Assembly (NCBI GenBank): GCA_031414595.1
Contig: JANNVX010000018.1
Coordinates: forward strand, 32,001 to 96,000
Reading direction: 5' to 3'
From: Deinococcales bacterium
Lineage (GTDB): Bacteria; Deinococcota; Deinococci; Deinococcales; JAAFIG01
Length of the DNA stretch: 64,000 bases
Positions 10,784 to 20,718 of the stretch are shown here, in pieces; positions within the stretch are counted from its first letter, which is position 1, and each line of letters starts with the position of its first letter. The notes under the pieces were generated by a model. The model was not told the origin of the DNA. It saw only the letters and a list, made by a program, of their open reading frames with translations, and searched no databases. The translations under genes were made by a program, and so were the position numbers.

Positions 10784-11617
10784 CTAAACTAAACGCAACT
10801 CCACTGACCAATCTGCCCCGCTTGAGATTTGGTATTTGTCGGCAAAACTTTGGCAGTTAATCGCAATCGCGGCTTGCAGTAAACTGTTGATGTAAATTAA
10901 AGGCTGCCCTTGCTCGACTGCGCCAAACGAATGTACAAAAGGCATCCTGTCTGTAAAGCGCTCGGTTGTTCCCTCGAGTATTCGCACATCAAACTGCACC
11001 TTATGCAAAATTTTACTTGTCTCGAGCATGGTTTTAGGGATGTTCGTCCAGACATTGCCGAAGTTGATGTCAAGGACTGGAATTACGCCAGTTATGACCC
11101 CGTTTTCTAAGGTTGCGGCGCGAATCTCGAGTTGTTGAAATTGACTTAGTTCTTGTCCGATGGCTTCAAAACCCAGTTGTCCAGAAGCAAGTTTTGCCCC
11201 GACATAGGCGTATAAATCTCGTCCTAAAAAAGTATAAGAATCAGAAGAACCGGGCAAACGATGCTTAGATTCATCTATTTCTCGAATGCTTTTTAGACAA
11301 GGCTCGAGCCAAGTCAGTAAGCCGTTGTCTGGGCAGACGATGATTTGCCCATTGTTCAGTTTGGCTGCCAGACTTTTACGATTTGTACCAACCCCGGGGT
11401 CTATAACCACCACAAAAACAGTTTGGTCACGCCAATACGAATGGGTTTGCAATAACCTATACGCCCCTTCCCAAATGTCAAAAGGTTTGACTTCATGAGT
11501 CAGGTCAAGAATGCTTAGCCCAGAATCTACATGCAGCGCCACGCCTTTCATAGCTGCTACAGCCCCATCTCGAACTCCAAAATCGGTCATAAGAACCAGC
11601 GCTTGACGATTCGTCAA
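10784..11617 (-). CDS. SAM hydroxide adenosyltransferase / DUF62 (chlorinase-fluorinase family)
   Basis: MTDFGVRDGAV, VVIDPGVGTNR, CPDNG, TFLGRDLYA and FGNVWTNI motifs. Confidence 0.9.
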   Translation of the reverse strand: MTNRQALVLMTDFGVRDGAVAAMKGVALHVDSGLSILDLTHEVKPFDIWEGAYRLLQTHSYWRDQTVFVVVIDPGVGTNRKSLAAKLNNGQIIVCPDNGLLTWLEPCLKSIREIDESKHRLPGSSDSYTFLGRDLYAYVGAKLASGQLGFEAIGQELSQFQQLEIRAATLENGVITGVIPVLDINFGNVWTNIPKTMLETSKILHKVQFDVRILEGTTERFTDRMPFVHSFGAVEQGQPLIYINSLLQAAIAINCQSFADKYQISSGADWSVELRLV

Positions 11618-11690
11618 GATTTCACCTCGGTGTTAGGACTAGCCGCAGGAGTAGATGCAAAAGAAATTCGGGCTGTCGGACACCACCACT
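11618..11690 (-). promoter_or_regulatory. Structured 5' leader (candidate cis-regulatory RNA) of the DUF62-ABC operon
   Basis: -10-like TAGACT at 11700-11695; interrupted hairpin GGTGT..GAC.AGCC / GGCT.GTC..ACACC (11684-11629) directly before the GAGGTG RBS. Confidence 0.4.
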
Positions 11691-11739
11691 TTTGAGTCTA
11701 ACATGAGTTTTGCTATACTCCACCGCATGAGGCAACAGC

Positions 11740-12495
11740 TTGAATACCCTTAAACCCGTGGCATTTCTTGGCACAGAAGCCCAAAAGGTCGTGACAGCCT
11801 TGTATAAACTCGAGGCGCAGTTTTTACCCACGCTTGTGCCAACCAGTGCCAAACTCGAGCGGGTGGTGCAAGGACTCGAGCCATTGGGGTTTTTAGGGGC
11901 GGTTTTTGTGGGTGGTGCTTCGACTGAAGCCATGAGTTTTGTGGATGCCGTCTCGAGCAGTGCTGAGCGTGACGGCGGCTTAGATGCCATCAGCGTGACT
12001 CGAGGCACGAACGGTTCTCATACGCTTGAAGATGGATTACTTGCAACCCTTGAATCCATGAAGTACCGTGGTTTTGGTGCAAATGCCGTGGTGTTGGGTG
12101 GCGGAGCTACCGCCAGTGCCGCCGTACAAATTGCCAGGGCTGGGGTAAAAAGCCTGACGATTGCCGCCCCAGACCGCCCTCATGCCGAGCGCTTAGCGCG
12201 GTTTGCTCCTGCGGGTGTCATGATTCACAGTATTTCCTTAGAAGAACCTGCCCTGTTAGAGGCTTTGGAACGAGCCGATTTACTGCTGATTTGTGATGCT
12301 AAGTTGAGGCTCGAACCGCGTTTTTTACAGCCGTATCACACCTTGGTTGAAATTGCTGGCGAGACTTCTTTGGCGGTTGCCCTTGAACGAATTGGTGGGC
12401 AAGTTGTGGCGCATAAAAAAGTTCGGGCGCATCATTTATCAGCCCAATTAGAGTATGTAACAGGGCGTAAACTCAAACTCGAGGGGCTGATTTAA
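11740..12495 (+). CDS. Shikimate dehydrogenase-like protein with degenerate catalytic motifs
   Basis: AroE-like layout with Rossmann motif VVLGGGATA; the canonical TxPxK and NTD motifs are not recognisable. Confidence 0.65.
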   Translation: MNTLKPVAFLGTEAQKVVTALYKLEAQFLPTLVPTSAKLERVVQGLEPLGFLGAVFVGGASTEAMSFVDAVSSSAERDGGLDAISVTRGTNGSHTLEDGLLATLESMKYRGFGANAVVLGGGATASAAVQIARAGVKSLTIAAPDRPHAERLARFAPAGVMIHSISLEEPALLEALERADLLLICDAKLRLEPRFLQPYHTLVEIAGETSLAVALERIGGQVVAHKKVRAHHLSAQLEYVTGRKLKLEGLI

Positions 12496-12529
12496 CGATT
12501 TTTTGATCTTTACCAGTTAAGCTATAGCT

Positions 12530-14113
12530 ATGAAATCGTTTCTTGCCATTCTTGCCCTGATGCTGCTTTTGGTGGCTTGTCCAGTACAACCCCCAGTCAT
12601 CTCAAGTTTTTCCAGCAATACCCTAAATTTGCCCTTTGGCGGCGGCAATGTAACCCTTTCATGGGCAACTGAACGCGCCTCGAGCCTGAGCTTAAATAGT
12701 GGTGAAGTGACAGGGTTAAACAGTAAAATGATGGCTGTCTCGAGCAGTACAATTTTTACTTTAACGGCAAGCAACGCTGGCGGAAGCGTCACAAAAACCG
12801 TTGAGATTGTGGTTGCACCCGCTCCACCAATCATCTCGAGTTTTACAGCTTCTCCAAGCACATTGCCGTTTGGTGGTGGAAAAGTGACCTTAAATTGGGC
12901 AACCGAAAATACGAACGCTCTGAATTTAGATGGGACTGCTGTAACGGGTACAACCAGTCTCGAGGTTAGCGTCACCAACAGCAAAACCTTTACACTTACG
13001 GCTACAGGCATTGGTGGTACAACTTCTAAAACCGTGGGAATTTTCGTGCTGGATGATGTTCCAGTCATCTCGAGTTTTACCGCCACACCAGACACCCTCG
13101 AGTCTGGACTTGTAACCCTTGGATGGCAATCTTTAGGAGCGACAACCCTGAGTATTTCACCAAGTATTGGCATTGTCACGGGCAACAGTCTCGAGGTCAA
13201 CATTTCAAAAACCACAACTTTTACCCTAACGGCAACCAACAACGGCGGTAGTACCGGTAAAACCGTGCTGGTCGCCAGTACCGCCTTATCGAGTACCGCC
13301 CTTGGTTCGGTCAATTTAGCTTGGGACACCAATAAACGCGATGCTGAGACCGACTCGAGTGGACAGGTTAGTTTTTTACCACTGACCTATTCGGATATTG
13401 ATTTTGTGTCTGGCGGGGTGCGCTACTTGACTGCCACCTACCGCGTCACCAATTTAAGCCCTCAACCGCTCGAGAATATCGCTTTACGGGCTGTGGCAAA
13501 AACGGGTAACGTCGGCGAGACGGCTGCTTTTGATATTCGGGCTTTTCCAGATGCCAATAATCCAGATGGCGCATTGTACACAGACCCAAGTGCAGGGCAG
13601 CGAATCTTGCCGGTTCATGGGATGCAGCTTGGGGCGACCACACCTGTTCCCGACGAAAGCGCTTCGGACTTTCAAGGCTATCGGTTAAGCGAAAGTACAG
13701 CGCTTCAGACGGCTGCTCGAGGCTCGGGCTTAATTGGGGCAACCGAAAGTGTCCTAGATTATTCGTATATTGTCAAAAACAACTTAAGCCGCCGCCTCGA
13801 GTCGGGTGGAACAGCACTGGTCAGTGTAGCGGTGCGAATTCCTCGGCGTTTGGTGCAAACAGACCCACTTTCTAAAATTTTTAAGTTTAAGCTCAGTTTT
13901 TTGGTCAGTTCCGACAGTGCGATTCGGGTTTCACGAGCATTACTTGAAACAACTACCGCCAGCCAGTCTCGAGCTACTGCTTTAGGCTCGAGCAGCAACC
14001 CGACCCAATTGGTGCTGCTTGGTTCGGATTTGGACGCGCCGTCGGATGGGGCTTTGCGTTTGATTCGTTTGCCGAACATTCGGTTTGGTGTGACGACGAA
14101 TTTACTCCCGTAG
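12530..14113 (+). CDS. Lipoprotein with three Ig/PKD-like beta-rich repeats and a C-terminal domain
   Basis: Lipobox LVAC; three repeats P(P/V)(V/I)ISSF...VTL.W...FTLTA; TAAGCT lies 6 nt upstream of the ATG. Confidence 0.8.
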   Translation: MKSFLAILALMLLLVACPVQPPVISSFSSNTLNLPFGGGNVTLSWATERASSLSLNSGEVTGLNSKMMAVSSSTIFTLTASNAGGSVTKTVEIVVAPAPPIISSFTASPSTLPFGGGKVTLNWATENTNALNLDGTAVTGTTSLEVSVTNSKTFTLTATGIGGTTSKTVGIFVLDDVPVISSFTATPDTLESGLVTLGWQSLGATTLSISPSIGIVTGNSLEVNISKTTTFTLTATNNGGSTGKTVLVASTALSSTALGSVNLAWDTNKRDAETDSSGQVSFLPLTYSDIDFVSGGVRYLTATYRVTNLSPQPLENIALRAVAKTGNVGETAAFDIRAFPDANNPDGALYTDPSAGQRILPVHGMQLGATTPVPDESASDFQGYRLSESTALQTAARGSGLIGATESVLDYSYIVKNNLSRRLESGGTALVSVAVRIPRRLVQTDPLSKIFKFKLSFLVSSDSAIRVSRALLETTTASQSRATALGSSSNPTQLVLLGSDLDAPSDGALRLIRLPNIRFGVTTNLLP

Positions 14114-14150
14114 CAGCGAACTGCGCCCCTACTTGAACTTTTCATAAAAG

Positions 14151-14171
14151 AACTTATACTGAGTCTAAGTT
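14151..14171. promoter_or_regulatory. Palindromic operator overlapping the -10 box of the acyl-CoA ligase gene (FadR/TetR-like site)
   Basis: AACTTATACT-G-AGTCTAAGTT is a near-perfect inverted repeat containing TATACT; TTGAAC lies 16 nt upstream. Confidence 0.55.
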
Positions 14172-14227
14172 TTACTTTCTTTTATCGGCATCAACGCAAG
14201 GCTTCTTTGCTCCTTTGAGGTACACCC

Positions 14228-15919
14228 ATGACACAGCACCCTTGGCTTTCCAAATACGACACTGGCGTTCCAAAATCCTTGATTTACCCCCAAAGCCCAA
14301 TCCATAGCATCTTAGAAGGGGCAGCCAAACGCGCTCCAGACCGTATTGCCCTCGAGTTTTTAGGGTTTACGATGAATTACGCGACCCTGCTCGAGAATGC
14401 CCATAAGTTTGCCAATTCGCTCGATGGCATGGGCGTTAAAAAGGGCGATAGGGTAGCGATTATGCTGCCCAATTGTCCGCAATTTGTAATTGCTTTTTTT
14501 GGTTCAATGATGCTCGGGGCAGTGGTGGTTAATACCAGTCCGCTCTATGTGGCTCGAGAACTCGAGCAGCAACTTCGGGACAGTGGGGCAGAGACGCTGG
14601 TGATGCTCAATTTATTTTATCCGCGTTACCGTGAAATTGCTGGCAGTGTGCCAGTCAAACGGGTGATTATGAGTACCGTGGCTGATTTTTTGCCGTTTCC
14701 TAAGAATTTGCTGTACCCCGTCAAAGCCAAACGTGATGGAACTTGGGTTGAAGTCAAGCCCGAACCATTTATTGTCCAGTTCAAAAAATTACTCGAGAAA
14801 AGTGTCTCTAGCAGCGCTCCGAGAACCAGTGTTCTGCCCGATGACTTGGCGCTGTTGCAGTACACAGGCGGAACGACTGGCACACCTAAAGGGGCAATGC
14901 TGACCCACCGCAACTTGATGAGTAACCTGACCAGTGCTGCCAGTTGGACTCCAACCATGCGGGATGCACAGGAAATCACGCTTTGTGTGATTCCATTTTT
15001 TCATGTTTACGGCATGACGGTTGCCATGAACATGACCATTCGGGCGGCTGGGACAATGGTGTTGCAACCGCGTTTCCAGATAAAAGATGTTCTCGAGGCG
15101 ATTCATAAGCACAAACCAACCATGTTTCCCGGTGTGCCGACGATGTATGTAGCAATTAACAATCATCCAGAAGTCAAAAAGTATGACCTCTCGAGTTTGC
15201 AAATTTGTTTATCGGGCGCGGCTGCCCTGCCCATCGAAGTGGCTCATGCTTTTGAAGCCAGTTGTGGTGGCAAGTTGCTCGAGGGTTACGGGCTAACCGA
15301 ATGCAGCCCCTGTGCCACCAACACCCCAGTCAATGGTGAACGGCGTGATGGCAGTATTGGTATTCCGTTGCCGGGTGTGGAATTGGCGCTATTTACTGAA
15401 AGCCTCGAGCCAGTAGGGATGGGTGAAATCGGTGAAATTGGCATCTCTGGGCATAATGTGATGCAGGGTTATTGGCAACGCCCTGAAGAAACGAGTCACA
15501 GCATCAAAGAAATAGCTGGTAAACGCTGGTTACTGACGGGCGACATGGCAAAGATGGACGACGATGGTTATTTTTATATTGTGGATCGCAAAAAAGACAT
15601 GATTGATGCCAGTGGCTACAATGTCTACCCGCGAGAAATCGAAGAGGTCTTGTACAAGCATTTGGCAGTCCAAGAATGTGTGGTGATTGGTGTACCCGAT
15701 GAGTACCGAGGTGAGACGGTCAAAGCCTTTATTATTTTACGCCAAGGCTCGAGTGCAACTCCCGAAGCCTTGACTGAGTTTTGCAAAGGACAACTGGCAG
15801 CCTATAAAGTGCCAAAACAAATTGAATTTCGGCTCGAGTTGCCCAAAAGCCCGATTGGAAAGATTTTACGTCGGGTGCTGCGTGATGAAGAAGAAGCCAA
15901 GCACAAAGCCAAAGCCTAA
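14228..15919 (+). CDS. Long-chain fatty acid--CoA ligase
   Basis: AMP-binding motif LQYTGGTTGTPKG; EGYGLTE, TGD and DRKKDMI motifs; GAGG RBS. Confidence 0.92.
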   Translation: MTQHPWLSKYDTGVPKSLIYPQSPIHSILEGAAKRAPDRIALEFLGFTMNYATLLENAHKFANSLDGMGVKKGDRVAIMLPNCPQFVIAFFGSMMLGAVVVNTSPLYVARELEQQLRDSGAETLVMLNLFYPRYREIAGSVPVKRVIMSTVADFLPFPKNLLYPVKAKRDGTWVEVKPEPFIVQFKKLLEKSVSSSAPRTSVLPDDLALLQYTGGTTGTPKGAMLTHRNLMSNLTSAASWTPTMRDAQEITLCVIPFFHVYGMTVAMNMTIRAAGTMVLQPRFQIKDVLEAIHKHKPTMFPGVPTMYVAINNHPEVKKYDLSSLQICLSGAAALPIEVAHAFEASCGGKLLEGYGLTECSPCATNTPVNGERRDGSIGIPLPGVELALFTESLEPVGMGEIGEIGISGHNVMQGYWQRPEETSHSIKEIAGKRWLLTGDMAKMDDDGYFYIVDRKKDMIDASGYNVYPREIEEVLYKHLAVQECVVIGVPDEYRGETVKAFIILRQGSSATPEALTEFCKGQLAAYKVPKQIEFRLELPKSPIGKILRRVLRDEEEAKHKAKA

Positions 15920-16515
15920 AGCAGAACACCATGTAAAAACACACCTGAAATCAGTTCGGCTAAATGGCTGGGGGGTTCAAAATCGTTTGGGATTGGAATG
16001 AACGCCCTTTTGATGCTTGGCTCAAATACCAAGGTGGTCAGTAACCCTGCGTACTCGAGTGGGTGGGCAATTTTAATCACACCTTGCTCGAGTCCGAGTT
16101 GAAAAACCGCTTCGATGGTGTGAATAAATGGCTTGATGGCAAAGTCAACCGCAAAATCATGGGAAAAACTGCTGGACAATAAGACTCGAAAAAACCCCTG
16201 ATTGTGTTGTTGATAGAGCAGCGTTTGACTGACCACAGTTCGCAGTTTGGTTTCAAAATCTGGAATTGGGGCTAAAGCACGGCTGACTTGTTCTGCCAGT
16301 TGACCCAATTTGTATGCTCGCAAGGCAAGGATTAAGGTATTTTTATCCTTAAAGTGTTTGTATAAGCCAACCCGTGTCAGTAAAGCGCGTTCGGCAATTT
16401 TATCCATCGAGGCATGACCGTATCCATCTTCTGAAAGCACCGCTAACGCCGCCTCGAGAATTTCGATTTTGCGTTTTTGGTTGCGTTGTTGACCTAGGGT
16501 TGGTGCGTTCATCAA
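15916..16515 (-). CDS. TetR-family transcriptional regulator
   Basis: N-terminal HTH ILEAAL...GYGHASMDKIAERALLTRVGLYKHFKDK. Confidence 0.9.
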   Translation of the reverse strand: MMNAPTLGQQRNQKRKIEILEAALAVLSEDGYGHASMDKIAERALLTRVGLYKHFKDKNTLILALRAYKLGQLAEQVSRALAPIPDFETKLRTVVSQTLLYQQHNQGFFRVLLSSSFSHDFAVDFAIKPFIHTIEAVFQLGLEQGVIKIAHPLEYAGLLTTLVFEPSIKRAFIPIPNDFEPPSHLAELISGVFLHGVLL

Positions 16516-16522
16516 AAACAGT

Positions 16523-17548
16523 CTACCTCTTGTTTGGGGCTAAATTGATGTATCCATGGTCTTTGTACCAACCTAATGTGTCGGTCAGGGTTTGCTCGAG
16601 CGAGCGAAATGTAACTCCAAGTTCAGTTTCGGCTTTTTGACTCGAGAGTGAATGCAGCGCCAGCAGCACTTGGATACCATCTAGCGGCATGGTTGGAGTT
16701 TTTTGCTGTAGCCCAGAAATCGTGGTATCTATTCGCGCCAAAGCCAGAACCAACCAATTGGGCATTTGCAAAGTTGGGGCTTTGACCCCAGAAATCTGCT
16801 CGAGTACCCTAAACAGCTTAGAAAAATCAACAAATTGACCAGCCACAATGTACTTTTCGCCGTTTCGCCCGTGTTGTACAGCTTTAATCATTGCATTTGC
16901 GACATCTCGAGCGTCCACTGTGCTTGTTCCAGCCCTGATGATTCCAGGAATTTTTTGTGCCATAAAATCTAAAATTAGTTTTCCACCCGAAGTTGGGGCT
17001 GCGTCGCGTGGAGCAATCATAAAACCGGGCAAGATGGTGACTATTTTAATGGCTCGAGGAGCGGCTTTTAACCAGTTGCTGATGGCTTGGTCGCCTTTGA
17101 CTTTACTCCTAAAATACAAGTTACGGGTTTCGGTTGCTAACGGCGTGTTTTCGTCGGCGACGGCATGGTTAGCAGGAATAGAGATTGAACCACTCGAGGA
17201 GGTGTGAATAAAGGTTTTGACTCCCGCTTGTTGTGCCGCCACAATCAACTCGAGGCTTGCGTCTATATTGATGCGTTTTAGGGTTGTCCAATGATCATTT
17301 CCAGCCTTGAAATACTCCCTAAAGTAAGCAGCTGTATGAAAAACTGTATCTACGCCCTCGAGTTCTGCACTAAAACCAGCCACATTTTCCATGTCCCCTT
17401 CAATGACTTCAAGGGTTAAGCCTACAAAAAGTTTTTTGGCTTTTTCTTTTGAACGAACCAAGGCTTTGACTTCCCAACCCTCTGCTAACAATTGACGAAC
17501 CAAGTTGTGACCGAGCATTCCTGTGCTTCCAGTGACCAATGCTTTCAT
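16523..17548 (-). CDS. NAD-dependent epimerase/dehydratase (extended SDR, dihydroflavonol reductase-like)
   Basis: VTGSTGMLG, FHTAA, YFRSK (YxxxK) and VDARDVA motifs. Confidence 0.9.
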   Translation of the reverse strand: MKALVTGSTGMLGHNLVRQLLAEGWEVKALVRSKEKAKKLFVGLTLEVIEGDMENVAGFSAELEGVDTVFHTAAYFREYFKAGNDHWTTLKRINIDASLELIVAAQQAGVKTFIHTSSSGSISIPANHAVADENTPLATETRNLYFRSKVKGDQAISNWLKAAPRAIKIVTILPGFMIAPRDAAPTSGGKLILDFMAQKIPGIIRAGTSTVDARDVANAMIKAVQHGRNGEKYIVAGQFVDFSKLFRVLEQISGVKAPTLQMPNWLVLALARIDTTISGLQQKTPTMPLDGIQVLLALHSLSSQKAETELGVTFRSLEQTLTDTLGWYKDHGYINLAPNKR

Positions 17549-17582
17549 GATGTACTCCTTTTTGATTCTTTAGTGTTAATTT

Positions 17583-17601
17583 AGTTTACATTATGTATAC
17601 T
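17583..17601. promoter_or_regulatory. Probable TetR operator upstream of the SDR-tetR operon
   Basis: AGTTTACAT-T-ATGTATACT inverted repeat (one mismatch) about 35 nt upstream of the start at 17548. Confidence 0.55.
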
Positions 17602-17687
17602 TTTATTAGTATTTGTCAACCATTGTGCCAATGCCTAAACCCAGACCTATTTTGGCAACTTGTCTATCTATCTGGTAGCATCGCCTT

Positions 17688-19133
17688 ATGACGTTGGCAC
17701 TGACAAAAAAAATTTTAAGTGGTGGGACAACCGCCCTAGAAGTCGTTTCAAAAAGCCTTGAAGCCGCCCAAGCCGATTCGCTGAATGCCTTTATTTCGCT
17801 CAATCCAAATGCTTTAGAAACTGCCATAAACCTAGACGCTCGAGTCAAAGCGGGCGAGCATTTACCACTGGCGGGGTATCCCTTGGCTATTAAAGACAAC
17901 ATTGTGATGCATGGGCTTGGGGCAACGGCTGGCTCAAAAATTTTAGAAAAATTTGTTTCGCCTTACACCAGTACCGCTTTGCAGCGCTTACTGGATGCTG
18001 GTGCGGTTGTGATTGGCAAAGCCAACATGGATGAATTCGGGATGGGTTCAAGTGGCGAAAACAGTGCTTATGGCGCAACCAAAAACCCTCGAGACCATAC
18101 CCGAGTCCCCGGTGGTAGTAGCTCTGGCAGTGCCGCCGCCGTTGCCCAAGGTATGGTTTCTGGGGCGCTTGGCACGGACACAGGCGGCAGTATTCGTTTA
18201 CCTGCCGCATTTTGTGGTGTACTTGGCATGAAGCCAACATATGGGCGAGTCTCGAGGTATGGCGTGGTTGCCTATGCCAGCAGCCTTGACCAAGTAGGTC
18301 CTTTTGCCCGTAGCAGTGCAGATTTAGCCGCACTGCTCGAGGTGATGTCGGGGCATGACCCAATGGATGCCACTTCGCTGGAAGCCAAAGCCGAATTCTC
18401 GAGTGCCTTGAACCAAGACATCAAAAGCTGGAAAATCGGGCTGGTACGCCAAGGCATGGGCAGTGGCAACAGTCCAGCCGTGCTGAGTGCCGTGGATGCC
18501 ACACGGGTTGCCCTCGAGCAGCTTGGTGCAACCGTAGTAGAGGTCAGCTTACCCAGTTTAGAAAATGCCTTGGCTGCTTACTACTTGATCGCTTGCCCCG
18601 AAGCCAGCAGTAACTTGGCGCGGTACGATGGCATGGTCTATTCAAATCGGGCGGATGGGTCAGATTTACTAAACGTCATGAGTCAGTCAAGGGGCTTAGG
18701 GTTTGGGGCAGAAGTCAAACGCCGAATTTTAATGGGAACATATGCCTTGTCCAGTGGCTATTACGATGCTTTTTACAGCAAGGCGCTGCGAGCCAGAGCC
18801 ATGATTGCTGCCGATTTTGCACGGGTTTTTGCTGGCGTGGAGGCGCTTTTAATGCCAACTGCGCCAAGTGCTGCCTTTGAATTGGGCGCAAAAGCCGACC
18901 CTTTAGAAATGTACTTAACTGACGTGGATACAGTGGCGGTCAATTTAGCGGGCTTACCAGCCATCAGTATTCCATTTGGCTATGAAGACAATAATTCATT
19001 TAGTACCTCGAGCGGGCTGCCCATCGGTGTCCAATTTATTGCCCCGACCCTCAAAGATGCTCGCTTAATCTCGATAAGTGCCGCCCTCGAGCAACACACC
19101 AGTGCTGCTTTTCTTAAACCAGTGCAGGAGTAA
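17688..19133 (+). CDS. gatA: Asp/Glu-tRNA amidotransferase subunit A
   Basis: Amidase signature GGSSSGSAAAVA, GTDTGGSIR, EASSNLARYDG and EVKRRILMGTYALSSGYYDA. Confidence 0.95.
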   Translation: MTLALTKKILSGGTTALEVVSKSLEAAQADSLNAFISLNPNALETAINLDARVKAGEHLPLAGYPLAIKDNIVMHGLGATAGSKILEKFVSPYTSTALQRLLDAGAVVIGKANMDEFGMGSSGENSAYGATKNPRDHTRVPGGSSSGSAAAVAQGMVSGALGTDTGGSIRLPAAFCGVLGMKPTYGRVSRYGVVAYASSLDQVGPFARSSADLAALLEVMSGHDPMDATSLEAKAEFSSALNQDIKSWKIGLVRQGMGSGNSPAVLSAVDATRVALEQLGATVVEVSLPSLENALAAYYLIACPEASSNLARYDGMVYSNRADGSDLLNVMSQSRGLGFGAEVKRRILMGTYALSSGYYDAFYSKALRARAMIAADFARVFAGVEALLMPTAPSAAFELGAKADPLEMYLTDVDTVAVNLAGLPAISIPFGYEDNNSFSTSSGLPIGVQFIAPTLKDARLISISAALEQHTSAAFLKPVQE

Positions 19134-19134
19134 A

Positions 19135-19569
19135 ATGCACCCAGACCAAGTTTTTCGCGCCGAATACCTTGCCACCACTTACCATGCGGCGGGTTTAGAA
19201 ATTCGCTTCTCGAGTACCGAGACAGGACTGGTTTTATTTGCGGGACGGCGTTTTGCCCTTATTTCGGCACAGAATCCACGCAGCACTCCACTCGAAGCCG
19301 ATGAGAATTTGGCACGCAATGCCATGTTGCAAACGGTTTTACTCGCCAAAGGTTGGTCTTTTGGCAACAGCCACGGACACAACGCTGACCTTTCTTGGTC
19401 AGAAGACGGTTTTATTGTCTGGGATGTGGATTTACCCGATATTTTAAGAGTTGCTCGAGATTTTGAACAAAATGCTATCATGTTTAGCGAAGGTTCACGT
19501 TTGGCTTTATGTTGGTGTTTTTCGGGGGAGATTGACTGGTTGTATCCGAGTTACCTAGCAAAGGACTAA
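19135..19569 (+). CDS. DUF3293-like protein
   Basis: ALISAQNPRS...N...WSEDGF...FEQNAI pattern; start moved to the ATG just after the gatA stop. Confidence 0.7.
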   Translation: MHPDQVFRAEYLATTYHAAGLEIRFSSTETGLVLFAGRRFALISAQNPRSTPLEADENLARNAMLQTVLLAKGWSFGNSHGHNADLSWSEDGFIVWDVDLPDILRVARDFEQNAIMFSEGSRLALCWCFSGEIDWLYPSYLAKD

Positions 19570-20718
19570 ATGGAACGCATAATTTACGCAGCAGATGTTG
19601 TTTACAACGGCGTTGGCTTACCGCTCGAGAACGCTGGGGTGGTGGTTTCTAAGGTTGGTAACCAAGCCACCATTGTTGGTTTTGGCAAACTTGAAGTCTT
19701 ACAGGCTAGTTTTCCAGAGGCTCGAGTGCAGCGCCTCGGGCGAGTGATTCTGCCACGTCCAGTCAATGCCCATACCCATTTGGATTTATCGCATCTGCCT
19801 TTTAAGGCGCTGCCTTATCCGCGTTGGATTCCAGAACATGTGGTTGCCAATGCTGGGCTACGTGGTCTAAAAGCTGCCAAAGATGGCTTAAATACTTTGC
19901 GTACCAGTGGTATTGCCGCCTTTGGCGATATTGTCGCTAAAGAAGAAGTGATGGATTTCTTGCTGACCGAAAGTGAACTGGCTGGAGTAGCCTACTGGGA
20001 AGTGATTGAAGCCAATCCAGAAAAAGCTGATGCGGTCATGTCGGCTACCTTAGAACGGGTGCGGCGTTGGCGTAAACTCGAGGGGAAACCTGTACGATTG
20101 GGATTATCGCCACACACACCGTTTACCGTCTCGAGTAAATTGTTGCAGCGCTTGGCAGAATTTGCTCGCTTAGAAGGACTACCTTTGCAGATTCATGTGG
20201 CAGAACACCCCAGTGAACTCGAGTTATTTCAGACGGGTGGCGGTCTGCTTGCAAAAACCATGCAATCTTTTAACGTCCCATCCTTCGAGACTTCTTGGGG
20301 AAGAACGCCCAGCACTAATTTAAGTCCAATTAAATACCTAGCCGAGTTGCGGGTACTCGAGGCAAAACCGACGCTCATCCATGCAGTCAATGTTTCTGAA
20401 GAAGATGTGCGAATCATTGCCCAATATGGTTGCAGTGTGGTTTCGTGTCCACGCAGCAACCATAACCTCGAATGTGGCAACATCCCTTGGAAACTTTTTG
20501 CTAAACATGGTGTGGAATTGGCACTTGGTACAGATTCTAGTGCCAGTGGTCAAAGCCTAGACATTCGGGAAGAAGCCAGTGCCGCCATGCGCTTACTCGA
20601 TATTGACTTAAAACAGATAGTTCGTTGGGCAGTCAAAGGTGGCTACCGTGCTTTGGGCTTAAAACCACCTGTGGTGCAACGCGGCGATTCATTCTCGAGC
20701 CTGACCGTCTGGGAATAA
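19570..20718 (+). CDS. Amidohydrolase/deaminase (aminodeoxyfutalosine deaminase-like)
   Basis: NAHTHLD, SPHTPF, IHVAEH and LGTDS metal-binding motifs. Confidence 0.8.
   Translation: MERIIYAADVVYNGVGLPLENAGVVVSKVGNQATIVGFGKLEVLQASFPEARVQRLGRVILPRPVNAHTHLDLSHLPFKALPYPRWIPEHVVANAGLRGLKAAKDGLNTLRTSGIAAFGDIVAKEEVMDFLLTESELAGVAYWEVIEANPEKADAVMSATLERVRRWRKLEGKPVRLGLSPHTPFTVSSKLLQRLAEFARLEGLPLQIHVAEHPSELELFQTGGGLLAKTMQSFNVPSFETSWGRTPSTNLSPIKYLAELRVLEAKPTLIHAVNVSEEDVRIIAQYGCSVVSCPRSNHNLECGNIPWKLFAKHGVELALGTDSSASGQSLDIREEASAAMRLLDIDLKQIVRWAVKGGYRALGLKPPVVQRGDSFSSLTVWE

Noticed and set aside
11727-11753. Out-of-frame ATG after TATACT, suggesting a frameshift or leader peptide (MRQQLEYP)
   Set aside because: The same bases provide a GAGG RBS 7 nt before the TTG at 11740, which explains the gene without a frameshift.
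12517-13332. Long antisense ORFs (also 3435-4085, 38532-39248, 57811-58512)
   Set aside because: Shadow frames of well-supported genes on the opposite strand.
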